This document shows, piece after piece, positions 1 through 12,496 of a DNA stretch of 64,000 bases. The stretch covers positions 118,730,001 to 118,794,000 of the forward strand of contig JBMRGM010000035.1 in assembly GCA_052327205.1 (NCBI GenBank). Reading direction: 5' to 3'. The notes beneath the pieces were generated by a model. The model had not been told where the DNA came from and ran no database searches. It saw only the letters and a program-made list of their open reading frames with translations. Within the stretch, counting starts at the first letter, position 1. Every line of letters begins with the position of its first letter. The position numbers were made by a program, and so were the translations under genes. The stretch is from Somniosus microcephalus. Lineage: Eukaryota.

Positions 1-2066
1 TGGACCAGCAAAATCAATGTGTACCCATTGCCATGGAGATGAGGGCCACTCCCATGGGTGTGGCGGGGCCTGTGGTGGAGCGTTTTGGACCTTCTGGCAT
101 CCTGTGCATCTCTTGGTCATATCCTCGATTTCTTTATCGATTCCCGGCCACCACACAAACGCCCTGGCTAGGCTCTTCATTTGTATCCCTCCCAGATGAC
201 CCTCATGAAGCTCATTGAGCACTCTATCTCTCAACTTGGGTGGAATTACCACTCGGGATCCACACATCAAGGTCCCCCGGCACACTGACAGCTGTTCTCT
301 CCTTGGCGAGAATGCTGGCAACAGTGAGTCGCCATGTGCTGGCCATCCCTTCACCGTCAAATCATAGACCCGAGAGAGTGTCGGGTCATTTCGGGTTTCC
401 TTCTCTATACTTGAGTTTGTAACAGGTAGACATTCGACTATGGTCGAATGGAATATCTCAACAGGGTTCACTGCAGGTGCTTCCTCCACCGTAGGCAACG
501 GTAGGCGCGACAGCCCATCAGCGTTTCCATGCTGTTTCATACCCTTGTACTCTATGTCGTACTGATGTGCCCCTAGAAAAAGTTACCATCTTTGTAGCCG
601 TTGCGCCGTCATCACCGGAACGCCCTTCTTTGGGTTAAAAATGGAGACCAGAGGCTGATGATCAGTCAGTAGGGTGAATTTCTGCCCGTGCAGATAGTGA
701 TTGAACTTCTTCACCCCCCACACCAGGCTGAGGGCCTCCCTGTCAATCTGGGCGTAGTTACGCTCGGCTGAGGTTAACGAGCGCGACGCAAAGGCTATTG
801 GCCTCTCTGAACCGTCAAGGAATTTGTGTGACGGCACCGCTCCAATGCCGTAGGGAGACGCATCACATGCCAACCGAATCGGTAGTGTTGGGTTATAGTG
901 GGCCAATACTTCTTTTGAAGTGATTAGGCATTTATATTTCTGAAAGGCACGCTTACACTCATCACTCCATTTCCATGTTACTCCAGTTTGCAGCAGGGCA
1001 TTCAGTGGGTGCAGAATTGTAGATAAATTCGGCAAGAACTTATGGTAGTAGTTCACCAACCCGAGGAATGGCCTCAGTTGTGACACGTTTTCCGGTGTTG
1101 GAGCCTTGACTACTGCCTCAATCTTGTCTGGGGACTTATGCAACCCTTCCTCATCAATCATGTGGCCACAATACGAGATTTGTCTCCTGAAGAACTCGCA
1201 TTTGGGGTGGTTGGCTCGTAGCCCATATTCTTGTAATCTAGTGAGCACCAGCTCCAGGTTGGCAAGGTGTTCACTGTCATTTTCGCCCGTAACCAGGATG
1301 TCGTCCAAATAACACTGGGTCCCCGGGATCCCTTGCAGGACTTGTTCCATCGCCCTCTGCCAAATAGCCGGGGCTGATGCTACCCCGAATACCAGTCGGT
1401 TGTACTGGTAAAGACCTTTGTGAGTGTTTATCGTGAGGTAGTTCCTAGATGCTTCTTCCACCTCCATTTGTAGATATGCTTGGGCCAGATCAATCTTCGT
1501 AAAGCGTTTCCCTCCAGATAGTGAGGCGAAAATATCTTCTATCCGTGGCAGTGGATATTGTACTGTGTGCAGGACTGGGTTCACAGTTACCTTGAAGTCC
1601 CCACAGATGCGAACCTTCTTCGGCTCCCCAGGCGTGCTGCTCAATGATTTCTTCATTACAGGAACGATGGGTGTGGCCCACTCGCTCCAGTCCACCTTGG
1701 ACAGCACACCCGAATGCTCCAGACTTTCCAGCTCTGCTTCAACGGCTGGGCGGATCGCGTACGGTACCGGTCTGGCCTTAAAAAATTTTGGGTTTGCGTT
1801 ATCTTCGATTTTTATCGTTGCCGTTACTCCTTTTAGAGTCCCAAGTCCTTGTTGGAACACCTCTTTCGTGTCAGTTAGAATTTTTGACATTCGTCCAGGT
1901 GTGACGTCGTCATCCTTTTTGTCAGTCACAGTTAGCGCCTGAATGGAATGCCAATCCAATTGTATTTTTCGGATCCATTCATGTCCCAATAATGGTGGTC
2001 CTCCATCTTGTAGTATATATAGATACAGTTTCTGTGTTTCCTTGCCGTTGTATTTAACTGGCACCC
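1..2066 (-). pseudogene. pol: Gypsy pol (protease end, RT, RNase H, integrase N-terminus)
   Basis: ORF 583-2064 has RICGDFK, FGVASAP, YLDDIL, LACDASPYGIGA. After a premature TAA at 583-585 the frame continues GNADGLSRLP...LHEGHLG...CTGCQ...WVHIDFAGP to the window edge. Confidence 0.93.
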
Positions 2067-3089
2067 TTATTTTCCTCTGGGGTAGACTTTTTGCCCCGTG
2101 TATGTCTTCAATACAATGGACGTGTCCTTCAAGGGTATGTGTGAGAATAGCCGCTCATAGTCTCGTCGATTCATGACAGTTAGGGCTGATCCTGTGTCCA
2201 ATTCCATCTTTACTTGGGACCCTGCTATCATGAGGGTGACCCAAATGGTTCGGTGATCCTCCTTTGCGATCACGTTGTGTAACTTTAGACAACTTAGTCT
2301 CCTGTTCCCGGAGTCATTATCACTCTCCTGATCATCTGAACTACTGTCTGTCATTTTTTTTACTTTCTTGTACTTTTCCTTAGTAGTTCTTTTAGTGTTG
2401 GTTTTCTTTCCCGACCTGCAGACTCTTGCTATGTGTCCCATTTTCCCACATTGCCTGCATACTTTGTCCTTAAACCAGCAGTCCTTCTGATCATGGGTTG
2501 TTCTGCCGCAGCGAAAGCACTTTTCTGCTCCATATGCCATTTCATTAGCGCTGTATTCTTGTGGTTTCTGTTGTATTTCCGCAGCTCCCCGTGCTGCTGC
2601 TTCATAGGATACTGCCACGCTGAAAGCCTGTTCTAGCGTCAGGTCCTTTTCCGAAATTAGTCGTTTCTGGGTTCCTTCACTCTGGAGCCCGCAGACAAAC
2701 TTATCCCTTAAGGTGTCTGCCAGTCCTGCTTCGAACTGGCAGTGCTTCGATAACTTGCGTAGTTCCGTAAGATAGTCAGCATTGCTCTCATCTTTGTGCT
2801 GGTTTCTTTTATGGAACTTGAATCTTTCTGCTATCAGCAGCGGTGTAGGGTTTAGGTGTTCCTGTAAGATATTAACAATCTCTTCAAAACTTTTCTCCAT
2901 TGGTTTAGCTGGGGTAATTAAATTCCGCAATAGGCCGTACGTTCTCGCGCCCATCAAATTTAATAATATCGACGCCTTCTTTTCATTGGCCACCTCATTT
3001 GCCTTGCAGTACACTTCAATTCTTTCCACATACGTGGTCCAGTCTTCTACCTCGTTGTCGAAAGCAGTGATACTGCCACTCTTCGGCAT
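2067..3089 (-). pseudogene. gag: Gypsy gag plus N-terminal protease
   Basis: MPKSGSITAFD... from ATG at 3089; CFRCGRTTHDQKDC and CRQCGKMGHIARVC knuckles; ELDTGS protease motif; 1-nt frameshift at ~2067 inside protease. Confidence 0.9.
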
Positions 3090-3097
3090 CTTGGGTG

Positions 3098-3220
3098 GTT
3101 TAAAATGGCGCCTCCCACGCTTTTTCTTCTTCCCCAATGGATTAAAATGGCGCCTCCCGCGCTTTTCTTTCTTCCCCAATGGAATAAAATGGCGCCCCCC
3201 GCGCTTTTCCTTCTTCCCCT
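3098..3220. repeat. Three 42-bp tandem units in the Gypsy leader
   Basis: taaaatggcgcctcccrcgcttttyyttcttccccaatgga x3, just upstream of the gag ATG. Confidence 0.85.
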
Positions 3221-3657
3221 TGCTGCTCCTAGCATTCTACAGGGTAATGGCAGCGACCCGCGGCTTCGGCGCGTCTCACTTTTCCTTCCCCTCGTTTTAT
3301 TTTCTCTACGCTGCCCGGTTCTTGAGCACCCTGTGCGCTCCACCCTCTCTCTCTCTCTCTTTTCCTCCCGACGACGCTGCACAGCCCCTTTGCAGAGCCG
3401 CTCGATCGAGCTCGAGCCCGCCGCAGTCCGGAAGGGTCAGCACACTACCTGCTACCAGCACCATTTGCCGGAACACCTCGACTGGGGAGTCAAGCCCAGC
3501 TCGCCACAGCCTCCCCTGCAATTCTCCAAACTCCGATGGATCCCTGGGCGGTTGCCCGCGGTCGACGCCCGTTGCTCTGACTTCGACCTCCAAGAAGCTT
3601 CTTTTCAGGGAAAGATCCCCGTGAGGTGATGCAGTACTGCAGGTGAGTTCGAACCTG

Positions 3658-3667
3658 CTCGTCGCCA
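3658..3667 (-). promoter_or_regulatory. Primer-binding site TGGCGACGAG
   Basis: One base downstream of the LTR end; TGG start typical of tRNA-primed Gypsy elements. Confidence 0.85.
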
Positions 3668-3668
3668 G

Positions 3669-3850
3669 TGTAGTGTCCGAGTATTAATAATACACGGACT
3701 GCAGGAGAACAATAATAACAGGTATTTACTGAACAGAGGGTAAGCTTAAAACTGAAAGTACAGAAGCCTGCTATGGCTTTATATACAGGTGTGGTCACTG
3801 CCGGTACTACAGTATAAAATCAGTTCTCTCTTAAAGGTACATACACAACA
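3669..3850 (-). repeat. 5' LTR (182 bp)
   Basis: TGTTGTG...CACTACA termini, TATATAAA, AGTAAA; near-identical solo copy at 33397-33577. Confidence 0.93.
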
Positions 3851-3855
3851 GTCCC

Positions 3856-4115
3856 TATGCCAATTAGCATGTGGCTTGGGTAATAATCCTGGGATTACCA
3901 CACTTGAGGTCTTGCTTTTTAATTTAGCTCCAAGCTACTGATACATTCTTAGCAGGACCTCCTCCCTGTTCTTTCCTATGCTGTTGGTCATGACATGGAC
4001 CACAACAACTGGTTTTTCACCCTCCCATTCCAGGTTCCTTTCCAGCTGCTTCGAGATATGCCTTACCCTGGCACCAGGTAGGCACCATACCCCACGGGAC
4101 CATCAATCATGACTG
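3856..4115 (-). mobile_element. CR1 ORF1 (esterase) fragment, degenerate
   Basis: Reverse strand reads VWCLPGARV...VVVHVMTNSIG, homologous to ORF1 at 11624-11962. Confidence 0.7.
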
Positions 4116-4119
4116 CAGT

Positions 4120-4279
4120 TATTACTGTACATCTGACCCGTGCTGTACCTGATGTGGGAGTGTTTGATGGGATAGTGTAGTGGAGCTTTACTCTGTATCT
4201 AAACTGTGGTGTATCTGCCTTGGAGCATTTCATGGGACAGTGCAGAGGGAACTTTACTCTGCATCTAACCTGTGCTGCA
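4120..4279 (+). repeat. About 2.5 diverged copies of the 67-bp minisatellite unit
   Basis: cccgtgctgtacctg..gggagtgtttgatggga.agtgtag.ggagctttactctgtatctaa matches array 51425-54025. Confidence 0.85.
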
Positions 4280-5170
4280 CATAAGAATGTAAGAAATAGG
4301 AGTAGGAATAGATCATTCAGCCCTTCGAGCTTGCTCCACCATTCAATAAGATCATGGCTGATCTTCTACCTCAACTCCACCTTTCCACACTATCCCCATA
4401 TCCCTTGGTTCCCCTTAGTATCCAAAAATCTATCGATCTCAGTCTTGAATATACTCAATGACTGAGCATTCACAGGCCTCTGGGGTAGAGAATTCCAAAG
4501 ATTCACCACCCTCTGAGTGAAGGAGTTTCTCCTTATCGCAGTCCTAAATGGTCGACCCCTTATTCTGAGACTGTGACCCCTGGTTCTAGACTCCCCAGCC
4601 AATGGAAACATCCTCCCAACATCTAACCTGTCAAGCCCCTTAAGAATTTTATATATTTCAATGAGATCACCTCTCATTCTTCTAAACTCCAGAGAATATA
4701 AGCCTATTCTCCTCAATCGCTCCTCGTAGGACAATCCCCCTATCACAGGAATCAGTGTGGTGAATCTTTGTTGCACTCCCTCTAAGGCAACTATATCCTT
4801 CCTTAGGTAAGGAGACCAAAAGTATACACAGTACTCCAGGTGTGGTCTCACCAAGGCCCTATGTAATTGCAATAAGACTTCTTTACTAAAGGCCAACGTA
4901 CCATTTGCTTTCCTAATTGGTTGCAGTACCTGCGTGTTAACTTTCTGTGATTCGTGTACAAGGACACCTAGGTCCCTCTGAATATCAACATTTCCCAGTC
5001 TCTCACCTTTTTAAAAAAAAATGCTGCTTTTCAATTTTTCCCACCAAAGTGGATAATTTCACACTTCTCCACATCATATTCCATCTGCCATGTTCTTTCT
5101 CTCTCACTTGACCTGTCAAAATCCCATTGCAGCCTCTTTGCATCCTTCTCACAACTGACTTTCCCTGTAC
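4280..5170 (-). mobile_element. CR1 (HER1-like) LINE 3' fragment
   Basis: ORF 4390-4896 LVRPHLEYC...LYSLEFRRMRGDLIE; CR1 3' tail ending near 4280. Confidence 0.92.
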
Positions 5171-5924
5171 CTGACCTGGGACTATTTTATGGGGCAATGC
5201 AGAGGGTGATGTGTTCAATTTTGAGACACTGATAGGCCTTGCATTGGCAAAAGTCAATAAATATTAACATTTTTGGGGAAAAAAATGACGACAAAGTAAC
5301 TCACTTCCGCAGCATCACCCAGCTTCCCATTGTCGATCTGAAAAATGGAATATGGGTCCAGCTGGAAGAGGATGTGAATGAACCAGCCTGTTATTTATAG
5401 AGTGCGTGGGGGAGGTAGTGGGAAAAAGATGGAGAGAGAGGGTAAGAGACAGAGCTAGAAAGGGACATGGCAATGGAAAGAAAGAGAAATGAAGCGAGAT
5501 AGAAAGGGAGATATAGGGAGAAAGGAAGGGAGATGGAGAAAGGGAAATTGAGAGAAAAAGAGACAGGAAACAGATAGAAATGTACAGATTGAGCTTGTGA
5601 TCAATGTTCTTTGAAAACGGTTATCAAAATAAATGGATGTCACTGACTAGAGAATGCATGTTGGGACAAGTTAAATATTCATTACTGGCTGTTCCTGGGA
5701 AGAAGTACATCAGATTTGCATTATTCAATTTAAAGGTGCAATGTTATCTGACAACAGGAGGAGGAGGAGGGATCTGGTAACCAATTAGACAATTAAATTG
5801 TTGCATAGCAACAGTGCTCCCATGATATCGAGTGCGGGACTGAACCTAGCTTATCCTCTGCTTGGTAGCATAAGAAAAGGAGGAAGAACAAGAAGTGACT
5901 AGTTTGTTTTTATTTTTTCCTTTG

Positions 5925-6310
5925 TCCAGAGACTTGAGCACAAAATCTAGGCCGCCACGCCCAGTGCAGTACTGCGGGAGCTTCTGCTGCCCTGTCGGAG
6001 GGTGCCGTATTTCAGATGAGACGTTAAACTGAGGCATCATTTGCCCTCTCGGGTGGACGTAAAAGATCCCACGGCACTATTTCGAAGGAGAGCAGAGGAG
6101 TTTTCTCCGGTGTCCTGGGGCCAATATTTATCCCTCAACCAACGTCACTAAGAACTGATTATCTGGTCATTATCACGTTGCTATTTGTGGGAGCTTTCTG
6201 TGTGCAGATTGACTGAAGTGACCACACTTCAAAAAGTACTTCACTGGCTGTAAAATACTTTGGGACGTTTTGAGGTTGTGAAAGGTGCGATATAAAGGCT
6301 CTTCCTCTTC
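5925..6310 (+). mobile_element. Deu-domain SINE (SacSINE1-like), 5'-truncated
   Basis: gatgagacgttaaactgagg...aaagatcccacggcactatttcg...ccggtgtcctgg core; L2-like tail gcgatataaa. Confidence 0.8.
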
Positions 6311-6785
6311 TACCAAAAATCAAAGACACAGGGCAATCCCCAATGGGAAATTCCATTGTGGGCTCCTTTGATTCTGGGAGGCGGTGTGGTGGAGTAAGGG
6401 AACGGGAGCTTCACACAAAAGTAGATGATGACAAAGAAGTAGTCAGCAGTTAAAAAAAAAAGCAAAAGAAATTGATGCAAAACCATTGTAGAACTATTTT
6501 TTTTTAAAGTACCCGTTGGAGCCACTTTCTGCCTTTCCTCAAGCCTTGAAATACTGGACTCCAGAGTGACAGGATCAAAGTCCAGTGCAAGTGAAACGCT
6601 AATGCTGGAAAAGGAAACGTCATTACTGCCTCATTTAAATACGCCCGCTATCATCGAGCAGGCACTCCTGACAGCTGGTGGAAGAGACGGCAGTAGGAAT
6701 AACATAAATGTACAAACAAACAGAAAATTTGATGGGCAGTGGTTCCATAAAGCCTGCCCCACACCATGATGGCTGGGGCATCATG

Positions 6786-8053
6786 ACATAGAAACATAGA
6801 AACATAGAAGATAGGAGCAGGAGTAGGCCATTTGGCCCCTCGAGCCTGCTCCGCCATTCAATGCGATCATGGCTAATCATCCAAATTCAGTACCCTGTCC
6901 CTGCTTTCTCCCCATATCCCTTGATCCCTTTAGCCTTAAGAAATATATCCAACTCCTTCTTGAATATATTTAATGAATTGGCCTCTACTGCCTTCTGTGG
7001 TAGAGAATTCCACAGGTTCACCACTCTCTGGGTGAAGAAATTCCACCTCATCTCTGTCCTAAATGGCTTACCCCTTATCCTTAGACTGTGACCCCTGGTT
7101 CTGGACTCCCCGACCATCGGGAACATCCTTCCTGCATCTAGTCTGTCTAATCCTGTTAGAATTTTATAAGTTTCAATGAGATCCCCTCTCATTCTTCTAA
7201 ACTCCAGCGAGTACAAGCCCAATCGTCCCAATCTCTCTTCATACGTTATTCCTACCATCCCAGGTATCAGCCTGGTGAATCTTCGCTGCACTCCTTCCAT
7301 GGCAAGAACATCCTTCCTCAGATAAGGCGACCAAAACTGCACACAATACTCAAGATGTGGTCTCACCAAGGCCCTGTACAACTGCAGCAAGACATCCTTG
7401 TTCCTGTACTCAAACCCTCTCGCTACGAAGGCCAACATACCATTTGCCTTCTTAACCGCCTGCTGCACCTGCATGCTTACCTTCAGCGACTGGTGCACAA
7501 GGACGCCCAGGTTTCGTTGCACTTCCCCTTCTCTCAATCTATTGCCATTCAGATAATAATCGGCCTTCTTGTTTTTGACACCAAAGTGGATAACCTCGCA
7601 TTTATCTACGTTATATTGCATCTGCCATGCTTCTGCCCAATCACCCAACCTATCCAAATCATACTGGAGTTTCTCGGCATCCTCCTCACAGCACACACGT
7701 CCACCCAGCTTTGTGTCGTCTGCAAACTTGGAGATATTACATCTAGTTCCCTCGTCCAGATCATTAATATATATTATGAATAGCTGGGGTCCAAGGACCG
7801 ATCCCTGCGGTACCCCATTAGTCACTGCCTGCCACTCGGAAAAAGAGCCGTTTATTCCAACTCTTTGCTTTCTGTCTGCCAACCAGTTCTCTATCCAAGT
7901 CAATACCTTGCCCCCAATCCCATGTGCCTTAGCTTTACACGCTAATCTCTTATGTGGGACCTTATCAAAAGCCTTTTGAAAGTCCAAATACACCACATCC
8001 ACTGGTTCTCCCTTATCTATTTTACCAGTTACATCCTCAAAAAATTCCAGTAG
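6786..8053 (-). mobile_element. CR1 LINE, 5'-truncated, open RT C-terminal half
   Basis: ORF 6887-8002: [27 protein letters not shown]; (tttctatg)n tail. Confidence 0.95.
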
Positions 8054-8354
8054 ACATTTCTGCCAACCAACCCCTCAGCCATGTACTCTCCTGAGAGAAC
8101 TGCCCAACATCCAGTCTATTCCTACTCTCACACGGTTTAAACTCGTGTCCCCTGGTCCTCCTCAAGCTGTTGAACTGGAATAATCTATCAATAGGGATGC
8201 TATCCAGCCCTTGAATTATTTTGTGGACCTCTATCAGGTCTTTGCTACTCTAAAGTAAACAGACCAAGGTCCTTGAGCCTATTTGAGGCTCTTTCAGCTA
8301 GGAATCATTCTTGTGGCTCTCCTCTGGACCTTTTCCAAAGCCACTATATCACCC

Positions 8355-9300
8355 TCCAGTGTGATCCCACCACCAAACGCATCTTCCCCTCACCTCCCCT
8401 TTCAGCATTCCGTAGGGACCGCTCCCTCCGTGACACCCTAGTCCACTCCTCTACCACCCCCAGCACCCCTTCCCCTTCGCCTGGCACCTTCCCGTGCAAG
8501 CGCAGGAGATACAACACATGCCCTTCTATCTCCCTACTTCCCACTGTCCAGGGCCCCAAACACCCCTTCCAGGTGAAACAGCGATTTACTTGTACTTCTT
8601 GCAATCTAGTATACTGTATTCGCTGCTCACGATGTGGTCTCCTCTACATTGGGGAGACCAAACGCCGTTTGGGTGACCGCTTTGCGGAACACCTCCATTC
8701 AGTCCGTAAGGGTGACCCTGAGCTTCCGGTCGCCTGTCACTTTATTTCTCCACTCCACTCCCACTCTGATCTCTGTCCTCGGCCTCTTGCATTGTTCCAC
8801 GGAAGCTCAGCGTAAGCTCGAGGAACAGCACCTCATCTTTCGATTAGGGACATTACAGACATCTGGACTCAACATAGAGTTCAACAATTTCAGATCATAA
8901 CCCTGGCCCCTATCATATATATATTTTTTATCCACTCTTTTGTTCTGTTCTTCTCTCCCACATGGCAGCTATCTTTCACTCTGCCAGCGCAATTTACACT
9001 TCATCTAGAGCCATCCTTTGTTTCTTAACCTGTCCCATTACCATCTCCTTTTGCCTTGAATATCTCTTAATGTCTCTCAATGTCTCTTAACCTCTCCTGC
9101 CTTCTATCCAATCACAGGCCTTCCCTTTTGTTCTTTCATCCCCTCCCCCATTTCCCAGCCCCTGCACTTGCTTAAAAATCTGTTCCATTTCCTTCTTTTT
9201 TCCAGTTCTGACGAAAGGTCATTGACCTGAAACGTTAACTCTGTTTCTCTCTTCACAGATGCTGCCTGACCTGCTGAGTTTCTCCAGCATTTTCTGTTTT
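8355..9300 (+). mobile_element. Penelope-like element, 5'-truncated (GIY-YIG endonuclease plus 3' UTR)
   Basis: NLVYCIRCSRCGLLYIGETKRRLGDRFAEH...VACHF; frameshifted end GLNIEFNNFR; flanking duplication TATATCACCC at 8345-8354 and 9301-9310. Confidence 0.92.
9204..9240 (+). ncRNA. Minimal type I hammerhead ribozyme
   Basis: AGTT-CTGACGA-A-AGGTC att GACCT-GAAA-CGTT-AACT: conserved core, 5-bp helix II, palindromic helix III, 4-bp helix I. Confidence 0.75.
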
Positions 9301-9983
9301 TATATCACCCACCAGTACTGGGCACAGTACTCCAGATGTGGTCAGAAATGTGTAGAGTCCGCCTGCGACTGGCCCACGTTCCAGTTACCGTCCTTGCCTG
9401 CCCAAGTATGACCTGAAAATCAAGTGGCGTAGAGAGGAAAATGGACCCTTAAATCACTACTGGGGAACAAAAAAAAAAGGATCTCGAATCTGCCGACACT
9501 ATCCTCCCCCTTACTGTCTCCCTGGGCACTCTGCCACAGGCTCAACGTGCGTAAAGCACTTGAATCCAAAATGTCCACTTCCCTTCCCTCTTCAGAGCAT
9601 GACTCTGCGTTGCTCTTGGTTACAGAGCTTTTATGGTCATTTCGAACCATTGATTAGGGTTCAGTGGATCCATCCTCTCAGTGAATTGTGCTATTCCCCA
9701 CCCACCCCCACTTGAATTTTTCTTTCAGTGTAGAATCATTGGCCAATTGTTTTTGGGAAAGCGCACTAGGGTTAGATCAGCAGGGTATTGGCTGTCGTTG
9801 AGGTATAATACAGCAAATTCATTAAAGTTGCCGGGAGGTCTGGTGATAAGATTTTTTTTTAAACAAGCTGTAATATTAAAATCTAACAGGAGAGTGATTC
9901 ACACAGTACAGTTGCCATTGCACACAATGAACTCCTGCCACAGTGAGCTGCCTCACATCATTCTGGAGCTGAGCTGCTCTCTC

Positions 9984-10785
9984 TAGGAACAGGAGGAGGC
10001 CATTCAGCCCCTCGGGCCTGCTCCGCAATTCTATCAGCTCATGGCTGATCTGCACCTTAACTCCATTTACCCACCTTTGCTCCATATCCCTCAATACCCA
10101 CACCCAACAAAACTATTACCAATCTCAGTCTTGAAAACTCTAATTGAGCCCCAGCCTTTTTGGGGGAGAGAGTTCCAGATTTCCACTACCCTTTGTGTGA
10201 AGAAGTGCTTCTTGACATCACCCCTGAACGGCCTAGCTCTAATTTTAAGGCTCTGCCCCCCTTGTCCTGGACTCCCCCACCAGAGGATATAGTTTCTCTC
10301 TATCTACCTTACCAAATCCTTTAATCATCTTAAACACCTCACCCCTCCCTATCTCTAACATCCTCCAGCCCCACAACCCCCCGAGATATCTGCACTCCTC
10401 TAATTCTGGCCTCTTGAGCATCCCTGATTTTAATCGCTCAACCATTGGTGGCCGTGCCTTCAGCTGCCAAGGCCCTAAGCTCTGGAATTCACTGCCTAAA
10501 CCTCTCTGCCTCTCCAACATCCTTTAAGATGCTCCTTAAAACCTACTTCTTTGACCAAGCTTTTGGTCATCTGCCCGAATATCTCCTTGTGTGGCTCGGT
10601 GTTTGGTAACGCTCCTGTGAAGTGCCTTGGGACATTTTACTACATTAAAAGGAGCTATATAACTGCAAGTTGTTGTTGATTAGATCACCCTTCAATCGTC
10701 TAAACTCAAGGGAATACAAGTCTAGTCTATCCAACCTGTCCTCACAATTTACCCCTTTTAGCCCCGGTATCATTCTGGTGAATGG
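9984..10785 (-). mobile_element. CR1 3' fragment interrupted by an L2 3' fragment (+, ~10343-10678)
   Basis: VFKMIKGFGKVDREKLYPLVGESRTRG; L2 part ends gctatataactgcaagttgttgttg. Confidence 0.8.
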
Positions 10786-11109
10786 AGGTACATCATCACT
10801 TTGATATGTTTACGCAGACAACCACAGGTCTGTTATAGGGTAGCCAACCCTCTGGCATTGATCTGGAGTCGGCAGGAATTAAAGATTGCTCGCCAGGGCA
10901 CTGCTGTGAGCAACAGCAGCACGGACCTGAGTGGGAGCGGCGGCAGCAGAGGCAGCGGCTTAAAGGGAGCTGAGCGGCGACTTACAAAAAACAAAAAAAC
11001 AAGGAGTGACGTCACAGGACAGCAGGAGGCAGAGTATAAATCGAACGGAAGGAGCTGATTGGTGAGTAGCTGGTAAGTGTTTCTAGTTAATAGTCTATTA
11101 AGTAAAGGC

Positions 11110-12059
11110 ATGGCAGGGCAGCTCAGTCCCGTGGTATACACATCCTGTGCCATGCAGGGACTCCAGGACGCTTCCCGTGTCCTGGACAACCACATGTGCA
11201 GGAAGTGTCGTCAGCTGGAGGAGCTCGAGCTCCGGGTTTCGGAGTGGGCAGCAGCTGGTGTCACTGCGGTGCATCCGTGAGGCTGAGAGCTTCGTGGATA
11301 GAACGTTTCAGGAGGTGGTCACCCCACAGATAAAGAGTGTGCAGGCAGAGAGGGAATGGGTGACCACCAGACAGAAGAGGAGGACCAGGCAGGTAGTGCA
11401 GGAGTCCCCTGAGTGCATCTCGCTCTCCAGCCAGTATTAGGTTCCGAGTACTGGTGAGGGCGATTGTTCCTCTGGGTAGTATAGCCAGAGCCAAGTCTGC
11501 GGCACCACGGATGGCTCAGCTGTACAGGGGGGAAGGAAGAAGAGTGGGAAAGCAATAGTGGTAGGGGGTTAGATAGTTAGGGGAGCAGACAGGCATTTCT
11601 GTGGCTGCAGGCATGACTCCAAGATGGTATGTTGCCTCCCTGGTGCCAGGGTCAAGGATGTCACCGAGCGGCTGCAAAACATTCTGAGGCAGGAGGGTGA
11701 ACAGCCAGAGGTCGTGGTCCATATCGGTACCAACGACGTAGGTAGAAAGAGGGATGAGGTCCTGCAGGCAGATTTCAGAGAGCTAGGAAAGAGATTAAAA
11801 AGCAGGATCGCAAAGGTAGTAATCTCCGGATTACTCCCGGTGCCATGTGTTAGTGAGTATAGAAATAGGAGGACAGCGCAGATGAATGCGTGGCTGGAGA
11901 GATGGTGCAGGAGGGAGGGCTATAGATTCCTGGGGCATTGGGACCGGTTCTGGGGGAGGTGAGACCTATATAGGCCAGACGAGTTGCACCTCAACAGGGC
12001 CGGAACCAATTATCCTCGCGGGGAGGTTTACTAGTGCTGTTGGGGAGGGTTTAAACTAA
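11110..12059 (+). pseudogene. CR1 ORF1 (zinc finger/leucine zipper plus SGNH esterase)
   Basis: HMCRKCRQLEELELRV; CLPGARV, VVHIGTNDVG and DELHLN motifs; frameshifts and stops. Confidence 0.85.
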
Positions 12060-12496
12060 TTTGGCAGGGGGATGGACACCAAGATGTAACATTAGAAAGG
12101 GGAAACAAAGTGCTCAAAGGATTGGGAGAGGCAGAGAGCATTAAAGTAAGAAATAGTTAGGTATTAGGTGGGGTCAAACTAAGCGAGAATGGTCTAAGAT
12201 GGGTTTGCAGTGTATGTATGTGAATGCATGAAGCGTAGTAAACAAAGTAAGTGAACTGCAGGCACAAGTAGCCACATGGGAATATGATGTGGTAATAATT
12301 GAGACCTGGCTCAAAAAAGGGCAGGATTGGGTATTAAATATTCCTGGTTATAAAATGTTCGGGAAAGATAGGAAATGGTGTGGCAGTATTGGTTAACGAG
12401 AATGTTGCAGTGCTGGAGAGGGAGGATGTCCTGGAGGGGTCAAGGACATAATTTATATAGCTAGAGTTAAGAAATAATAGAGGTGCCATTACACTA

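Larger units (their letters stand above)
1..3850 (-). mobile_element. Ty3/Gypsy (Mag-like) LTR retrotransposon, 5' part; continues beyond window start
   Basis: 5' LTR 3669-3850 (TG..CA), PBS TGGCGACGAG, then gag with two CCHC knuckles, protease (LDTG), RT (YLDD), RNase H (CDAS), integrase HHCC and HIDFAGP, in Gypsy order. Confidence 0.95.

Noticed and set aside
2060-2075. Programmed gag-pol frameshift
   Set aside because: The shift falls inside the protease, has no canonical slippery heptamer, and the copy also has a premature stop; a 1-nt deletion is simpler
2782-3629. Plus-strand ORFs antisense to gag
   Set aside because: No recognisable domain, non-ATG or repeat-derived starts; shadow frames
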